From an uncultured delta proteobacterium (GTDB taxonomy: Bacteria; Desulfobacterota; Desulfobacteria; Desulfobacterales; QNYZ01): a stretch of DNA of 64,000 nt. Positions within the stretch are counted from its first letter, which is position 1, and each line of letters starts with the position of its first letter. A program made the position numbers and the translations under genes. Shown piece by piece: positions 1 to 13,250 of this stretch. The stretch covers positions 480,001-544,000 of the forward strand of contig CAWJQU010000008.1 of NCBI GenBank assembly GCA_963845145.1, read 5' to 3'. The notes below the pieces were generated by a model, which saw only the letters and a list, made by a program, of their open reading frames with translations, had not been told where the DNA came from and searched no databases.

Positions 1-51
1 TCGGGACTTGACTTTATTGGTGCCGAAGGATAGACAAATGAGCAGGTCATA

Positions 52-909
<858 letters not shown>

Positions 910-912
<3 letters not shown>

Positions 913-1462
913 AAATTTATAAAACCTGAAGCCGAGAAGCGATTTAAGCCAATATCCGTTTACTGGTGCTTGATGTGGACGGCGTGTTGACCGATGGTTA
1001 TATTATTTACCATGATGATGGTCACGAAACCAAAATGTTTGATGTTAAAGATGGATTCGGGATTCGATTGTTACAAATGGCCGGTATTGCAGTTTGCATC
1101 GCCACAGGACGCATGGGCGGGGCACTGCAGCCATCGTTGTCGCAACCTGGGAATCGATCTGATATTCGCCGGCCTGAGACACAAGGCGTCCATTATCAAT
1201 GACCTTATTGAAAAAACAGGGCATTTCCCCCCGAACACATGGCGTTCGTCGGGGACGATTTGTTAGATCTTTCGCTCATGGATCAGATAGCGATGCCCAT
1301 GGCCGTGGCCGATGCCCAGAATGAAGTGATCCAGGCGGCTGCTGCCGTTACCGGACACAGTCGGTGGTCGGGGTGCGGTACGTGAAGTTTGTGAGGCCAT
1401 TTTAAAAGCCCAGGAAAAGTGGGAACCGATCGATAGAACGGAATTAAAACTGGGCGAACTAA
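910..1462 (+). CDS. kdsC: KDO 8-phosphate phosphatase, HAD family (split by indels)
   Basis: LDVDGVLTDG, FDVKDGFGI, AFVGDDLLD, GGRGAVREVCE; lies between kdsA and lptC. Confidence 0.9.
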
Positions 1463-1470
1463 GTCATTGC

Positions 1471-2063
1471 ATGCAAATGAAAAAGCGATCCATCTTAGTT
1501 TTTATATCCATCGGTATTATTATTGGCATTTTGGCCACAACGACTGATGCTGGCCCACTTTCGCCGGTCCTCGCGGCCGTCACAGCCGGCGCAAACGCAA
1601 CCGGAAGACCCGGCCAAAACCGATACCGCGATGGATCGCCTGTTCCAGGTATCGACTCAAAGAAGGCCGCACGGAATGGCGACTTGAGGCGGCTTCCGCC
1701 GAAATGGACAAAATGAAAACAAATGGCGAAATTAAAGGATGTATCCATCGTTTTTTACCCAAAATCCGGCGGTGAAGTGTCGTTAAGGCTGATCGGGGGA
1801 TTATTCATACCGATTCAAAAGACATTGTAGTCGCCGGGTAATGTTGTGGTAGTGAATCAAAATTATAAAATGGTGACAGAAAGGGTTAAATACAGGGAAA
1901 GCAGACAGACGTTGACATCAACCACACCGTTGGCGATTACAGACAACTGCATCAAGCTTGATGGCCGATCGAATGGTGTATGATATAGCGTAAAAACAAA
2001 TCTGTTTTTAAAGGAAACGTCATGGGATTTTTCAGTGATAAAACAACGTTTTAATATTATGTT
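1471..2063 (+). CDS. lptC: LPS export protein LptC (fragmented)
   Basis: N-terminal TM helix (KKRSILVFISIGIIIGILA), later fragments such as IVVAGNVVVVN; canonical position before lptA/lptB. Confidence 0.55.
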
Positions 2064-2067
2064 GGAC

Positions 2068-2634
2068 ATGCGGAGATGGTGATTGGCCGTTATCCTGCTG
2101 ACGATCGGGTTATCATCAGCCTCGGCACTCAGTGCCGATGAACAGCCCCTATATCAGGACATTTCAGTCTGATGACAATAAAATCCATATTAAATCGGAT
2201 ACGCTGGTCGCCAGCAGCGATGAAAACTTGGCCGAGTTTACAGGGCCATGTGCGGGCAACCCGTGGGACAATGGTGATCACATGTGATCGGTTGAAACTA
2301 TTCTTTAAACAGGGTGCTATGGCTGGAAAACGGTACCAATCCGGGCAGCAATTCCATTGAACGGATTTTAGCGAAGAAAAACGTAAAGATAAGAATGGAC
2401 GACCGCCTCGCGTTTGCCGATCAAGCCGAATACATTTATCTAGTGGGGATATCATTTTGACAGGCGACCCGGTTAAAGTGTCCAGCTGGCAATACATATA
2501 TCACCGGGAATAAAATCACCATGGCATCCGATGGCCAAGATCACCGTACAGCTGACCCCGGGTAAGGGGGGCAGGTCGAAGCCATGATCTGTATCCGAAA
2601 ACTGAAAGCACCAATCCTCAGATAATAACGTTGA
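2068..2634 (+). CDS. lptA: LPS transport periplasmic protein LptA (fragmented)
   Basis: Signal-like start, AEFTGHVRATRGTMVITCDRL, ILTGDPVKV and YITGNKIT fragments; directly upstream of lptB. Confidence 0.6.
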
Positions 2635-2658
2635 GAATTGATCTCAGGGCCGTAACAA

Positions 2659-3388
2659 TTGCATCAGCTTACATTAAAGAATTTAAATAAAACCTACAAT
2701 GGCCGACGCATCGTAAATTCCGTTGACATGGCCATTCAAAGCGGAAGGATCGTCGGCCTTTTGGGCCCCAACGGTGCCGGTAAAACCACAACGTTTTATA
2801 TGACTATCGGTATGATACGCCCGGATGAAGGACATGTTTTTTTCGATGACACGGATATCACCGAGTGATCCCATGTTCCAGCGGGCGAAAAGAGGGGTTG
2901 GATATCTGCCCCAGGAAATGTCCATTTTCCGGAAATTAACGGTCAGGCAAAATCTTATGGCCATTCTGGAAACGCTGCCGCTCGGCCGGAAAGAACGAAA
3001 ACAGCGAGCCGATAAACTACTGGATGAACTGGGTATCGGGCATCTGGCCGATCAGAAAGCCGCTGTCATTTCGGGTGGTGAAAAAAGACGGCTTGAAATT
3101 TCGCGAGCATTGGTGACCAACCCCGCTTTTATGTTATTGGATGAACCGTTTGCAGGAATCGATCCCCTGGCCGTTATCGATATCAGAAGCATTATCAGAG
3201 CACCTGAAAGACCGTGGCATCGGTACATTGATTTCAGACCATAATGTCAGAGAAACCTTGACGGTTTGTGATATGGCCTACATATTAAATGAAGGGACAG
3301 TTATTGAATCCGGATCTCCGGAAAAGATTGCAGGCAGCGAAATTGCCCGGCGGATCTATTTAGGAGACGAGTTTCAGTTTAGAATAAA
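2659..3388 (+). CDS. lptB: LPS export ABC ATPase LptB (split by indels)
   Basis: Walker A GLLGPNGAGKTTTF, signature SGGEKRRLEI, LLDEPFAGIDP, SDHNVRETL, IYLG. Confidence 0.95.
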
Positions 3389-4832
3389 ATGGCGATTGAA
3401 TTAAGACAACAACTCAAGTTAACACAGCAACTGGTGATGACCCCCCAGCTTCAGCTGGCCATTCGGCTTTTGCAATTATCACGGCTGGAGTTATGGATAC
3501 AATTCAACAGGAACTGGAACAAAACCCGGTGCTTGAGGAAGTAATTGATGAGACGCCGACTGACACCGAAAAGCAACCCCAGGAGGAAAAAACCGAAAGC
3601 CAGGATGAAGTGGTTATTGGTGAAACGATTCCCGATGATATCGACTGGCGCAACTATATCGAAGAATACAACACACCCGGCAGGACCAGCTATGAGTTTG
3701 AACGATAAAGAACAGATTGGGATTCGAGCACTTTCTGGTCAAAGAAACGATCATTACAGGACCATCTGCTTTGGCAGCTGATGATGACCGGCCCGGATTC
3801 AGGCGACCAAACAGATTGGCAGCCTCATCGTGGGAAATATCAACGCCGATGGGTACCTCGACGCTTCTTTGGACGAAATCGCCAAGCGCCGGCGACACAT
3901 CATTGGAGTCGGTTTGGAATGCACTAAACATTGATGCAAACCTTTGATCCACCGGGCATATGTGCTCGTAACCTGAAGGAGTCATTGTTGATTCAAGCCG
4001 GGCAACTCGGTTTGACCAACACCCTGGTGGAAAAAATCATCACCGATCACTTTAACCATCTCGAAAATCGAAATATGCGCGCCCATATGCCGGGCACTTG
4101 GCGTGGAGAAAAAAAGTATTCTCCAGGCCGTGGAAATTATTCAGAGTCTGGAACCCAAACCCGGCCGGCTGTTTTCAGACGAAACGCCCCAGCATATCAT
4201 CCCGGATGTATATGTTTACAAATACGACGAAGAATTTGTAATCCTTTTAAACGATAGTGGCCTGCCGCGACTTGCGCATAAATGCCCTGTATCGAAACTG
4301 CCTGATGGATACCGGCCAGGTATCCGCCAAAGAAAAGGATTATATCCGCGAAAAACTTCGCTCCGCTACCTGGTTAATCCGCAGTGTTCATCAGAGAAAA
4401 AAGACCATTTACGGGTCATGGAAAGTATTTTGCGATTTCAAGCGAACCTTTTTTGAAAAGGGCGTCAGCCATTTAAAACCGATGGTGTTAAGAGATGTCG
4501 CCGATGACATCGAAATGCATGAATCGACCATCAGCCGCGTCACAACGAATAAATATGTTCATACACCCCAGGGCATATTTCGAATTAAAGTATTTCTTTA
4601 ACAGCCCCATCAACCGAGTTCATGGCGAGGCCGTTGCCTCTGCCAGCGTAAAGGATAAGATTAAACATATCGTTGACGAGCGAATCCTCACAAAAACCTT
4701 TCAGTGATAAAAAGATCAGCGAGATCTTAAAGAGTGATAATATCAATATCGCCAGACGAACAGTCGCAAAGTACCGAGAACTCATTAAATATTTTACCAT
4801 CAAGTAAACGTAAGCAATTTCCTGATAGATAA
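3389..4832 (+). CDS. rpoN: RNA polymerase sigma-54 factor (split by indels)
   Basis: MAIELRQQLKLTQQLVMTPQLQLAIRLLQL region I, HESTISRVTTNKY HTH, RpoN box ARRTVAKYRE. Confidence 0.95.
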
Positions 4833-4855
4833 CAATCAACTTTTAGGAGGTAACA

Positions 4856-5392
4856 ATGCAAACATCTGTCACATTCAAGAATATCGACCCCTCCGACCAT
4901 CTAAGCCACCTACGTAAGCAACAAGTTGGATCGATTCGACAAATATCTTAGACAACCCAGCCAACGCCAACGTCGTTCTCTCCGTGCAAAAATTCCGCCA
5001 TATTACGGAGATCAACATTATTCGGTGACCGGTTAAACATTATCGGTAAGGAAGAAACCGATAATATGTATTCCTCGATTGATAAGGCCCTGGACAAGAT
5101 TGGCATTCAGATTAAAAAAAATCGCGAAAAAATCCGCCGCCACAAAAGTGGCCGACAAGAAAAGATGGGTGAGTTGGGTGAAGACGATGCACTGCCGGCA
5201 AGCGAAGCAAATTCGCCACAGGTTCAGATTCAACCGATTGAATATAAGCCGATGGATGTTGAAGAGGCCGTCATGCAGATTGCCTTGGTAAAGGATAATT
5301 TCCTTGTATTTACCAATGCGCGAACCGACAAGGTGAATGTTTTGTACCGAAGAAAAGACGGCGATTTTGGTTTGATTCAGCCGAGCAGTTAA
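4856..5392 (+). CDS. hpf: Ribosome hibernation promoting factor, long HPF
   Basis: AGGAGG RBS, MQTSVTFKNID, MYSSIDKALDK, KPMDVEEAVMQ and VLYRRKDGDFGLI; follows rpoN. Confidence 0.9.
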
Positions 5393-5468
5393 AAATTTAT
5401 TGCCCGTCTGAAACTTATCGGCTCAGCGCTTGTGTCCCTTATATCGAATGGCCTGATGGTGTTAACCA

Positions 5469-5930
5469 ATGAGAATAATTGATTTATTAAATAAAGAAGC
5501 GATTATCGCCGACTTGAATGCAGCGGACAAGAAAGGCATGATCGAGGAGCTGACCGCTCCGATTTCCCGAATTACGCAGGTCGACCAAAAAGACCTGGTT
5601 CGAGGTGATCATGAACCGGGAGCGTTTGGGGAGCACCGGCATCGGCGAAGGAGTCGGTATCCCCCACGGCAAACTCGAGGACCTTCCCTCCCTTATCTTT
5701 AGGATTTGGTCTAAGTCGCAAAGGGTGTGGATTTTGATTCCATCGACGGTCAACCTGTGTACATCTTTTTTCTTCTCCTTACACCGGAAAATGCCGCCGG
5801 ACTTCATTTAAAAATGCTGGCCCGGATCTCCCGCATTTTAAAAAACGATCTCTTCCGGCAACAATTGCGCCAAGCCCAAACCGCGGATGAAGTATATGCC
5901 GTCATTAAATCCGGTGAAGACGATTTCTAA
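5469..5930 (+). CDS. ptsN: PTS IIA(Ntr)-type protein
   Basis: RERLGSTGIGEGVGIPHGK phospho-His motif, HLKMLARISR. Confidence 0.88.
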
Positions 5931-5939
5931 TCCGTTCCC

Positions 5940-6815
5940 ATGCCATCTGTTAATCAGCCAAATTTATCATAATTACTGGCAATGCCGGATCCGGCAAAAG
6001 CGTCGCCCTGGCGGCCCTGGAAGATGCCGGCTTTTATTGTGTCGACAATATGCCGGTGTGCATTTTGCCCAAGTTCGTAGAATTGGCGATTGACAGCGAA
6101 TTCACGGCCAAACGGGTACGCTTTCGTTATGGATTTGAGAGAAAAAGACTTTCTGCTTTCCCATCAACAGATCATCGATGCCCTCCACAGCCGGGGATTC
6201 AATTTATCATTCTATTTTTGACTGCGGCGACCGAGACCCTCGTACAGCGATACAGCCAAACAAGACGCCATCATCCCTTATCTGATGGTAAAAATCTGGC
6301 TAACCAGCATTGACACCGAAAAAGGACGGCTGCGCCAGCTGGAACACACGGCCGACCGTGTTATCGATACGACCAAGTATACAGTCCATGACTTAAAAGC
6401 GGTCATTCAGTCCATTGCGAATGATCTGGATGCCAAAATTCCCATGCGTATCCATGTCATTTCGTTTGGCTTTATGCACGGTATCCCCCATGATGCCGAC
6501 CATATTATGGATATTCGCTTTTCTGAAAAATCCCTATTTTGTCCCGCGGCTAAAACACCTGGACGGCACGACGAAACAGTCAAGAGTTCATGTTGAACCG
6601 AACGCAAACCAAAAAATTTTTTAACGCAATACCTGGACCTGCTTGACTATCTGATTCCTTTATACGAAAAAGAGGGAAAGTCATACTTTACGATTGGACT
6701 GGGATGTACCGGTGGACACCATCGCTCTGTAGTAATCGCTCAGGCGGTGTTCAAGCACATTTCCCACCCAGACCGACAGGTGCTGATCACCCACAGGGAT
6801 ATCAATCGAAAATAG
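5940..6815 (+). CDS. rapZ: RNase adapter RapZ, P-loop protein (split by indels)
   Basis: GSGKS, LEDAGFYCVDNMP, RYSQTRRHHPL, ISFGFMHGIP, GCTGGHHRSV. Confidence 0.9.
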
Positions 6816-6844
6816 CGCAAGAAACATTCACCGGAGTTAAAAAA

Positions 6845-7262
6845 ATGATCGGAATTTTGCTTGTCACGCACGAACAAATCGGAACGGCGCTGATTGATGC
6901 CGCCGAGTTTATTATCGGATCACGCCCCGAAGCCGTAGAGGCCATATCCATTAACTTAAATGAAGATGCCGAAAAATTGCGAGGAAAAAATCGCCAAAGG
7001 GATTGAAGCAGTATATCACCCCAAGGGGGTTCTCATATTAACCGATATGTTCGGCGGAACACCATCGAACCTTGAGCTATTCTTTTCTTGAAGAAGACCG
7101 GTTGGAGGTTCTGACCGGCGCCAACCTGCCCATATTGATTAAGGCCATTGATACCCGGCAAAAAATGGACCTCTCGGAAATGGCCAAAACCTTGGAGGAG
7201 CTATGGGAAAAAAAGTATCGCCATGGCATCTGGAATTCTTAAAGGGAAACAAGAGGGGATAG
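6845..7262 (+). CDS. PTS mannose/fructose-family IIA component
   Basis: MIGILLVTHEQIG, LTDMFGGTPSN, LTGANLP. Confidence 0.85.
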
Positions 7263-7319
7263 AACCGGAGGGCCCGGGCACCCGGACCTTAGGTTAAAAG
7301 ATCGATGTGGGCCGATTGA

Positions 7320-8397
<1,078 letters not shown>

Positions 8398-8439
8398 TGA
8401 CAGCAAATAGACTTGTAATCATAATAAAAAGAGGTGACT

Positions 8440-9223
8440 ATGTCGGATCGTAAACCGTTGATTGCCGGTAACTGGAAAATGTTCAAAACCCAGGATGAGG
8501 CTGCCGAAACCGCCCGGCAGCTGGTTTCCAAAACAGCTGGCGTCGTGGAAGTGGAGGTCATGATTGCCCCACCTTTTACCGCCCTTGCGCATGTAGCCGA
8601 TGTCATCCGGAACAGCCCGGTTGCTCTGGGTGCCCAGAACCTCTACTGGGAAAAAGAGGGTGCTTTTACGGGTGAAATATCGCCATCCATGTTGGTCGCG
8701 GCTGGTTGCCGATACGTCATCATCGGTCACTCGGAACGGCGTCAGTTTTTTAATGAAACCGAATGCAGACGGTTAATAATAAAATCAAATCGGCGTGTCA
8801 GCTATAATTTAATTCCGGTCATGTGCATTGGCGAAACGGAAATCGAGCGTGAAACCGACCAGACGTTTTCTGTTCTTGACAAGCAAGTGAAGATCGGGTT
8901 TAGAGGGATTTTCGGCAGACTCACTGGCTTCACTGGTAATCGCCTATGAACCGGTGTGGGCCATCGGCACGGGTAAGGCGGCTACTGCCGAAATGGCCCA
9001 AGAAGTGCATGCGTTTATCCGGTCGTGGATAGAAAAAAATTTCGGTAATCCACTTGCCAAGGCGATTAGAATCCTGTATGGGGGGAGCGTAAAACCGGAT
9101 AATGTCAATGAATTAATGAACCAGCCCGATCTGGACGGAGCCTTGGTGGGTGGTGCCAGCCTTGACGCGGACACATTCAGTCAGTTAGTTCATTTTCAAA
9201 ACGAGACTTTAAAAAGATGTTAA
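8440..9223 (+). CDS. tpiA: Triosephosphate isomerase
   Basis: [39 protein letters not shown]. Confidence 0.96.
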
Positions 9224-9248
9224 CTTTTATTCAAGTTCAAGGATAATC

Positions 9249-9609
9249 ATGTCGATCATACTAATTATACTTCATGTCGTTGTTTGCATCGCCCTCATCA
9301 TGATCGTCTTATTGCAGACGGGTAAGGGTGCCGATATGGGCGCCGCCTTTGGGGGGGGGTCCAGCCAGACCTTATTCGGCTACACGGGGGCGTCAACTTT
9401 TTTAAGTAAAGCAACTACGGTCGCAGCGGTTGTGTTTATGATGACCTCCCTTACGCTGGCCTATATTTCAAGTCATCGGACGCCCGGTTCTGTGATGACC
9501 GGACGCAAAATACCAGCCACTGAGACAGTCATCACCGGCCGAACCTGAAAAGGCCACTGATACGACCGCCGCAACCGCCGACGAATGCCTCTGATGAGAA
9601 AAAAAATGA
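9249..9609 (+). CDS. secG: Preprotein translocase subunit SecG
   Basis: VLLQTGKGADMGAAFGGGSSQTLFG; tpiA-secG-tRNA-Leu synteny; 3' end uncertain. Confidence 0.9.
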
Positions 9610-9623
9610 ATAGACCGTTTGAT

Positions 9624-9710
9624 GCCGAAGTGGTGGAACTTGGTAGACACGCTATCTTGAGGGGGTAGTGACCTACGGTCGTGCCGGTTCAAGTCCGGCC
9701 TTCGGCACCA
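9624..9710 (+). tRNA. tRNA-Leu(GAG)
   Basis: Acceptor GCCGAAG/CTTCGGC, anticodon arm CTATC-TTGAGGG-GGTAG, long variable arm, GGTTCAAGTCC, encoded CCA. Confidence 0.97.
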
Positions 9711-9720
9711 ATATCATATC

Positions 9721-9764
9721 AGGCCTTTACGTGAGATTAGATCTTATTGCGTAAAGGCCTTTTT
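9721..9764 (+). terminator. Rho-independent terminator after tRNA-Leu
   Basis: AGGCCTTTACG...CGTAAAGGCCT 11-bp stem followed by a T tract. Confidence 0.8.
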
Positions 9765-9876
9765 AATTTTACAATACAAATTAATTTTAAGCCGACGATG
9801 CTGTTGATGACTTTTGATTGGATAGAGTTAAGTTTTCGACATCGGCCATGTGGGGCCATCGAAAAATAGGGAAGCT

Positions 9877-11436
9877 ATGATAAAATCAATGAATATCGCC
9901 TGGTGGGTAAAACGGTGGAGCGAGCTTCATCCTAAAAAAATCGCCATTATTTTCGAAAGCGAACAAATCAGTTACGGAGATCTTCACCAACGGGTCAGCC
10001 GTACTTGTAGTTGGCTCCAGTCAATCGGAATTGAAAAAGGTGACCGGGTTGCAGTAATGCTAAGTAACTGCCCCGAGTTTCTCGAACTTTATTTGGCCAG
10101 CTCTCGGTTGGGAGCCCTTTTTGTGCCGGTAAATTATCGATTAGCCGCCCCCGAACTCGACTATATCCTTACGAATTCACGTCCCAGACTTTTTGTTTTC
10201 GGTAACGAATTTTCAGACACCGTCCTGCGCCTAAAGCTCCTAACCGGTCGTCACCAAATGCTATTGGCAAGTATTCCCAAATGTTTAGAATCCGCTGATG
10301 TGGTCGATTATCGAGTCGACACGGTCCACAGTGAACAGCCTTCATATTTTTTAACTGAATCTATGCTGCCTACCAGTCCGGAAGAACCCCATGTGATTAT
10401 GTATACTTCCGGGACCACAGGAAGACCGAAAGGCGCAGTCCTCTCTCATCGTAAAACGTTTTTTAATTGTCTGAATGCCGATATATTTTTTAAGCTTAAT
10501 TTTGATGATGTGATGCTAATTGTTTTACCTCTTTTTCATTCCGGTGGGTTATTTATTCAAGCCTCACCCGTTTTCTACAAAGGTGGTACTCTGGTTCTTC
10601 ATCCAAAATTCGACCCTGTTCGAACCTATGAAGATATCGATAAATATCAGGTGACCAAATTTTTAGGGGTCCCCACGGTGTATAAGTCACTCCTTCAAGT
10701 GAGCACTGACAAAAGGACAACCAACACTTCTTTGGTTGTCAGTGCTATTGGTGGGGAAAAGTTAACCCCCGAACTTATGGAGCAATTTAAAGACGCCGGG
10801 TTTAATTTACGCCAAATCATGGGGCAGACAGAAACATCGATCCTCTTATGGGCCCATGAGAAAGATGCTAACCGTAAACCCGGCTCGGTGGGACGCCCCG
10901 TTTTCCATGCAGATGTCAGAATTGTCGATATAAAGGGCAACCAGTGCCTTCCAGAACAAGTGGGTGAAATCGTCGTCCGCGGGTCGATCATGATGTCCGA
11001 GTATTGGCAGGATCCGGCTAAGACGGAAAAGACCATTCGTGGAGAGTGGCTGTACACAGGAGATCTGGCCCACAAGGATGAAGACGGCTATTTTTATTTA
11101 GTGGATCGGAAAAAGGATATGTACATTTCCGGGGGTGAAAATGTCTATCCCGCTGAAGTAGAAAGGGTGTTACGAAGCCATCCGTCTATAGAAGAGGTTG
11201 CTGTCATTGGCGAGGATGATTCAAAATGGGGTGAGAGTGGGTGTGCCTTCGTCATCCCCAAATCCGGCCAGAACCCGACACCCGATGAAGTAATCAATTT
11301 CTGTGAAGGACGGTTGAGCCGATATAAATGGCCCAAACGCGTGATATTTTTGACCCAATTTCCACAAACCGCCTTAGGGAAGACTCGTAAAACAAAGCTA
11401 AAGCAGGACCACCTAATAAAAGTCCAAACAGGTTAA
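9877..11436 (+). CDS. Acyl-CoA synthetase (AMP-forming, FadD/MenE-like)
   Basis: MYTSGTTGRPKGA, GQTET, TGDL, DRKKDMYISGGENVYPAEVE; intact ORF. Confidence 0.92.
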   Translation: MIKSMNIAWWVKRWSELHPKKIAIIFESEQISYGDLHQRVSRTCSWLQSIGIEKGDRVAVMLSNCPEFLELYLASSRLGALFVPVNYRLAAPELDYILTNSRPRLFVFGNEFSDTVLRLKLLTGRHQMLLASIPKCLESADVVDYRVDTVHSEQPSYFLTESMLPTSPEEPHVIMYTSGTTGRPKGAVLSHRKTFFNCLNADIFFKLNFDDVMLIVLPLFHSGGLFIQASPVFYKGGTLVLHPKFDPVRTYEDIDKYQVTKFLGVPTVYKSLLQVSTDKRTTNTSLVVSAIGGEKLTPELMEQFKDAGFNLRQIMGQTETSILLWAHEKDANRKPGSVGRPVFHADVRIVDIKGNQCLPEQVGEIVVRGSIMMSEYWQDPAKTEKTIRGEWLYTGDLAHKDEDGYFYLVDRKKDMYISGGENVYPAEVERVLRSHPSIEEVAVIGEDDSKWGESGCAFVIPKSGQNPTPDEVINFCEGRLSRYKWPKRVIFLTQFPQTALGKTRKTKLKQDHLIKVQTG

Positions 11437-11455
11437 CGCTTCAAACTATAATCTA

Positions 11456-12142
11456 ATGGTCCATCAAATGAATCATAAAATTAAAAAACCAAAAGAGATG
11501 GTGGTTCGAGAAGAAATAATAGCCACTTGTATAAAAATGACCCGCCTCGGAATCAATCAGGGAACATCGGGAAACGTCAGCAAGAGATGGCAAGAGGGAA
11601 TGCTGATCACCCCTTCGGGTCTTCCCTATGAAGATATGTCGCCGGACGACATCGTTTATGTAGCGTTTAATCAAAACAAAACCAGCGGGGCCGGCAAACC
11701 ATCCAGCGAATGGCTGTTCCACAGGGATATCCTGGCCGGGCGCAAAGACATCCAGGCTGTTATTCATACGCATTCGAATTACGCAACGGCTATGGCTATT
11801 CAGCGGATGAATATACCGGCGCATCACTATATGGTTGCAGCCGGCGGCGGCAAAAGGATTCGTTGTGCCGACTATGCCACTTTTGGAACCCAGGAACTGT
11901 CAAACAACGCGCTTAAGGCCCTTGAAAACCAAATGGCTTGTCTTTTAGCCAACCATGGTGTGATAGCCTTGGGGCATACCTTATCCAAAGCCCTCTGGCT
12001 GGCCAATGAAATTGAGACCCTGGCAAAGCAATACTTTATCGCCAGCCAGTACGGAAAACCCCTGCTTCTTCCTGATGATGAGATGGATCGGGTATTGGAG
12101 GCGTTCAAAACCTATGGCCCTGAAAAAGGCAGCAAATCTTGA
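11456..12142 (+). CDS. Class II aldolase (L-fuculose-1-phosphate aldolase-like)
   Basis: GTSGNVS, ITPSG, PSSEWLFH, IHTHS, LLANHG (Zn-binding His residues). Confidence 0.88.
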   Translation: MVHQMNHKIKKPKEMVVREEIIATCIKMTRLGINQGTSGNVSKRWQEGMLITPSGLPYEDMSPDDIVYVAFNQNKTSGAGKPSSEWLFHRDILAGRKDIQAVIHTHSNYATAMAIQRMNIPAHHYMVAAGGGKRIRCADYATFGTQELSNNALKALENQMACLLANHGVIALGHTLSKALWLANEIETLAKQYFIASQYGKPLLLPDDEMDRVLEAFKTYGPEKGSKS

Positions 12143-12224
12143 GCGACATTATAACCGTTCTGTGACCAAATTTTTGTGGGAACGATGTTTTAATAGAGCT
12201 CAATGGAGGTCAAAGGGTCTGAGA

Positions 12225-13247
12225 TCATACCTGATAATATCTCCGATACCATTGAATAAATTTTTCAATACCGTCTTCCAGGCGGGTTGCCGGTTTGAAT
12301 CCGACATCTTGAACCAGAGCGTCAACATCGGCATAGGTCGCCGGGACGTCACCCGGCTGCATTGGTAAAAGTTCCTTTATAGCCTTTTTTCCCAGCGCCT
12401 TTTCAATGGCAGCGATGAAATCGGTTAAGCGAACGGGCTGGTTGTTTCCAATATTGTAAATCCGATACCGCGTATAAGAGCTGCCCGGATCTGGCGCATC
12501 GCCATTCCAGTCAACATTCGGTTCAGGTCGATTTTCCATGATTCTTACGACGCCTTCAACGATATCATCGATATAGGTAAAATCCCGTTGCATCTTGCCA
12601 TAATTGAATACCTGAATCGGTTCGTCGGCAAGGATGGCCTTGGCAAAGAGGAAAAGGGCCATATCGGGACGCCCCCAGGGACCGTACACTGTAAAAAAAC
12701 GAAGGCCGGTGCAGGGAAGATCGTATAGATGGCTGTACGAGTGTGCCATCAATTCATTGGCTTTTTTCGAAGCCGCATATAGGGAGACGGGGTGATCGAC
12801 ATTGTGATGGACGGAAAAAGGCATAAATGTATTGGCACCATACACCGAACTGGATGAGGCAAAAACAAGATGTTTGACGTTTGAATGCCGGCAACCCTCT
12901 AAAATGTTGATAAAACCGACCAGGTTGGATGACACATAGGCATGGGGGTTGGTCAGTGAATAACGGACGCCCGCCTGAGCAGCCAGGTTCACAACAACAT
13001 CAAACGATTGTTTTTCAAAAAGTGTTTCCATCCCTTCCCGATCGGAAAGATCCAGCGGGTGAAATGTAAATCCGTTTTCGGCCATCAACAATTTCAGACG
13101 CGCCTTTTTTAGGTTGACATCGTAATAATCATTCAGGTTGTCCAGGCCAAACACCTGAAATCCGTCTAAAAGCAATCGCCGGGATAGATGGAAGCCAATA
13201 AATCCTGCGGCGCCGGTGACCAATGCTGTTTTATATTCCATTTTCAT
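12225..13247 (-). CDS. NAD-dependent epimerase, UDP-glucuronate 4-epimerase type
   Basis: [41 protein letters not shown]. Confidence 0.92.
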   Translation of the reverse strand: MKMEYKTALVTGAAGFIGFHLSRRLLLDGFQVFGLDNLNDYYDVNLKKARLKLLMAENGFTFHPLDLSDREGMETLFEKQSFDVVVNLAAQAGVRYSLTNPHAYVSSNLVGFINILEGCRHSNVKHLVFASSSSVYGANTFMPFSVHHNVDHPVSLYAASKKANELMAHSYSHLYDLPCTGLRFFTVYGPWGRPDMALFLFAKAILADEPIQVFNYGKMQRDFTYIDDIVEGVVRIMENRPEPNVDWNGDAPDPGSSYTRYRIYNIGNNQPVRLTDFIAAIEKALGKKAIKELLPMQPGDVPATYADVDALVQDVGFKPATRLEDGIEKFIQWYRRYYQV

Positions 13248-13250
13248 CGA

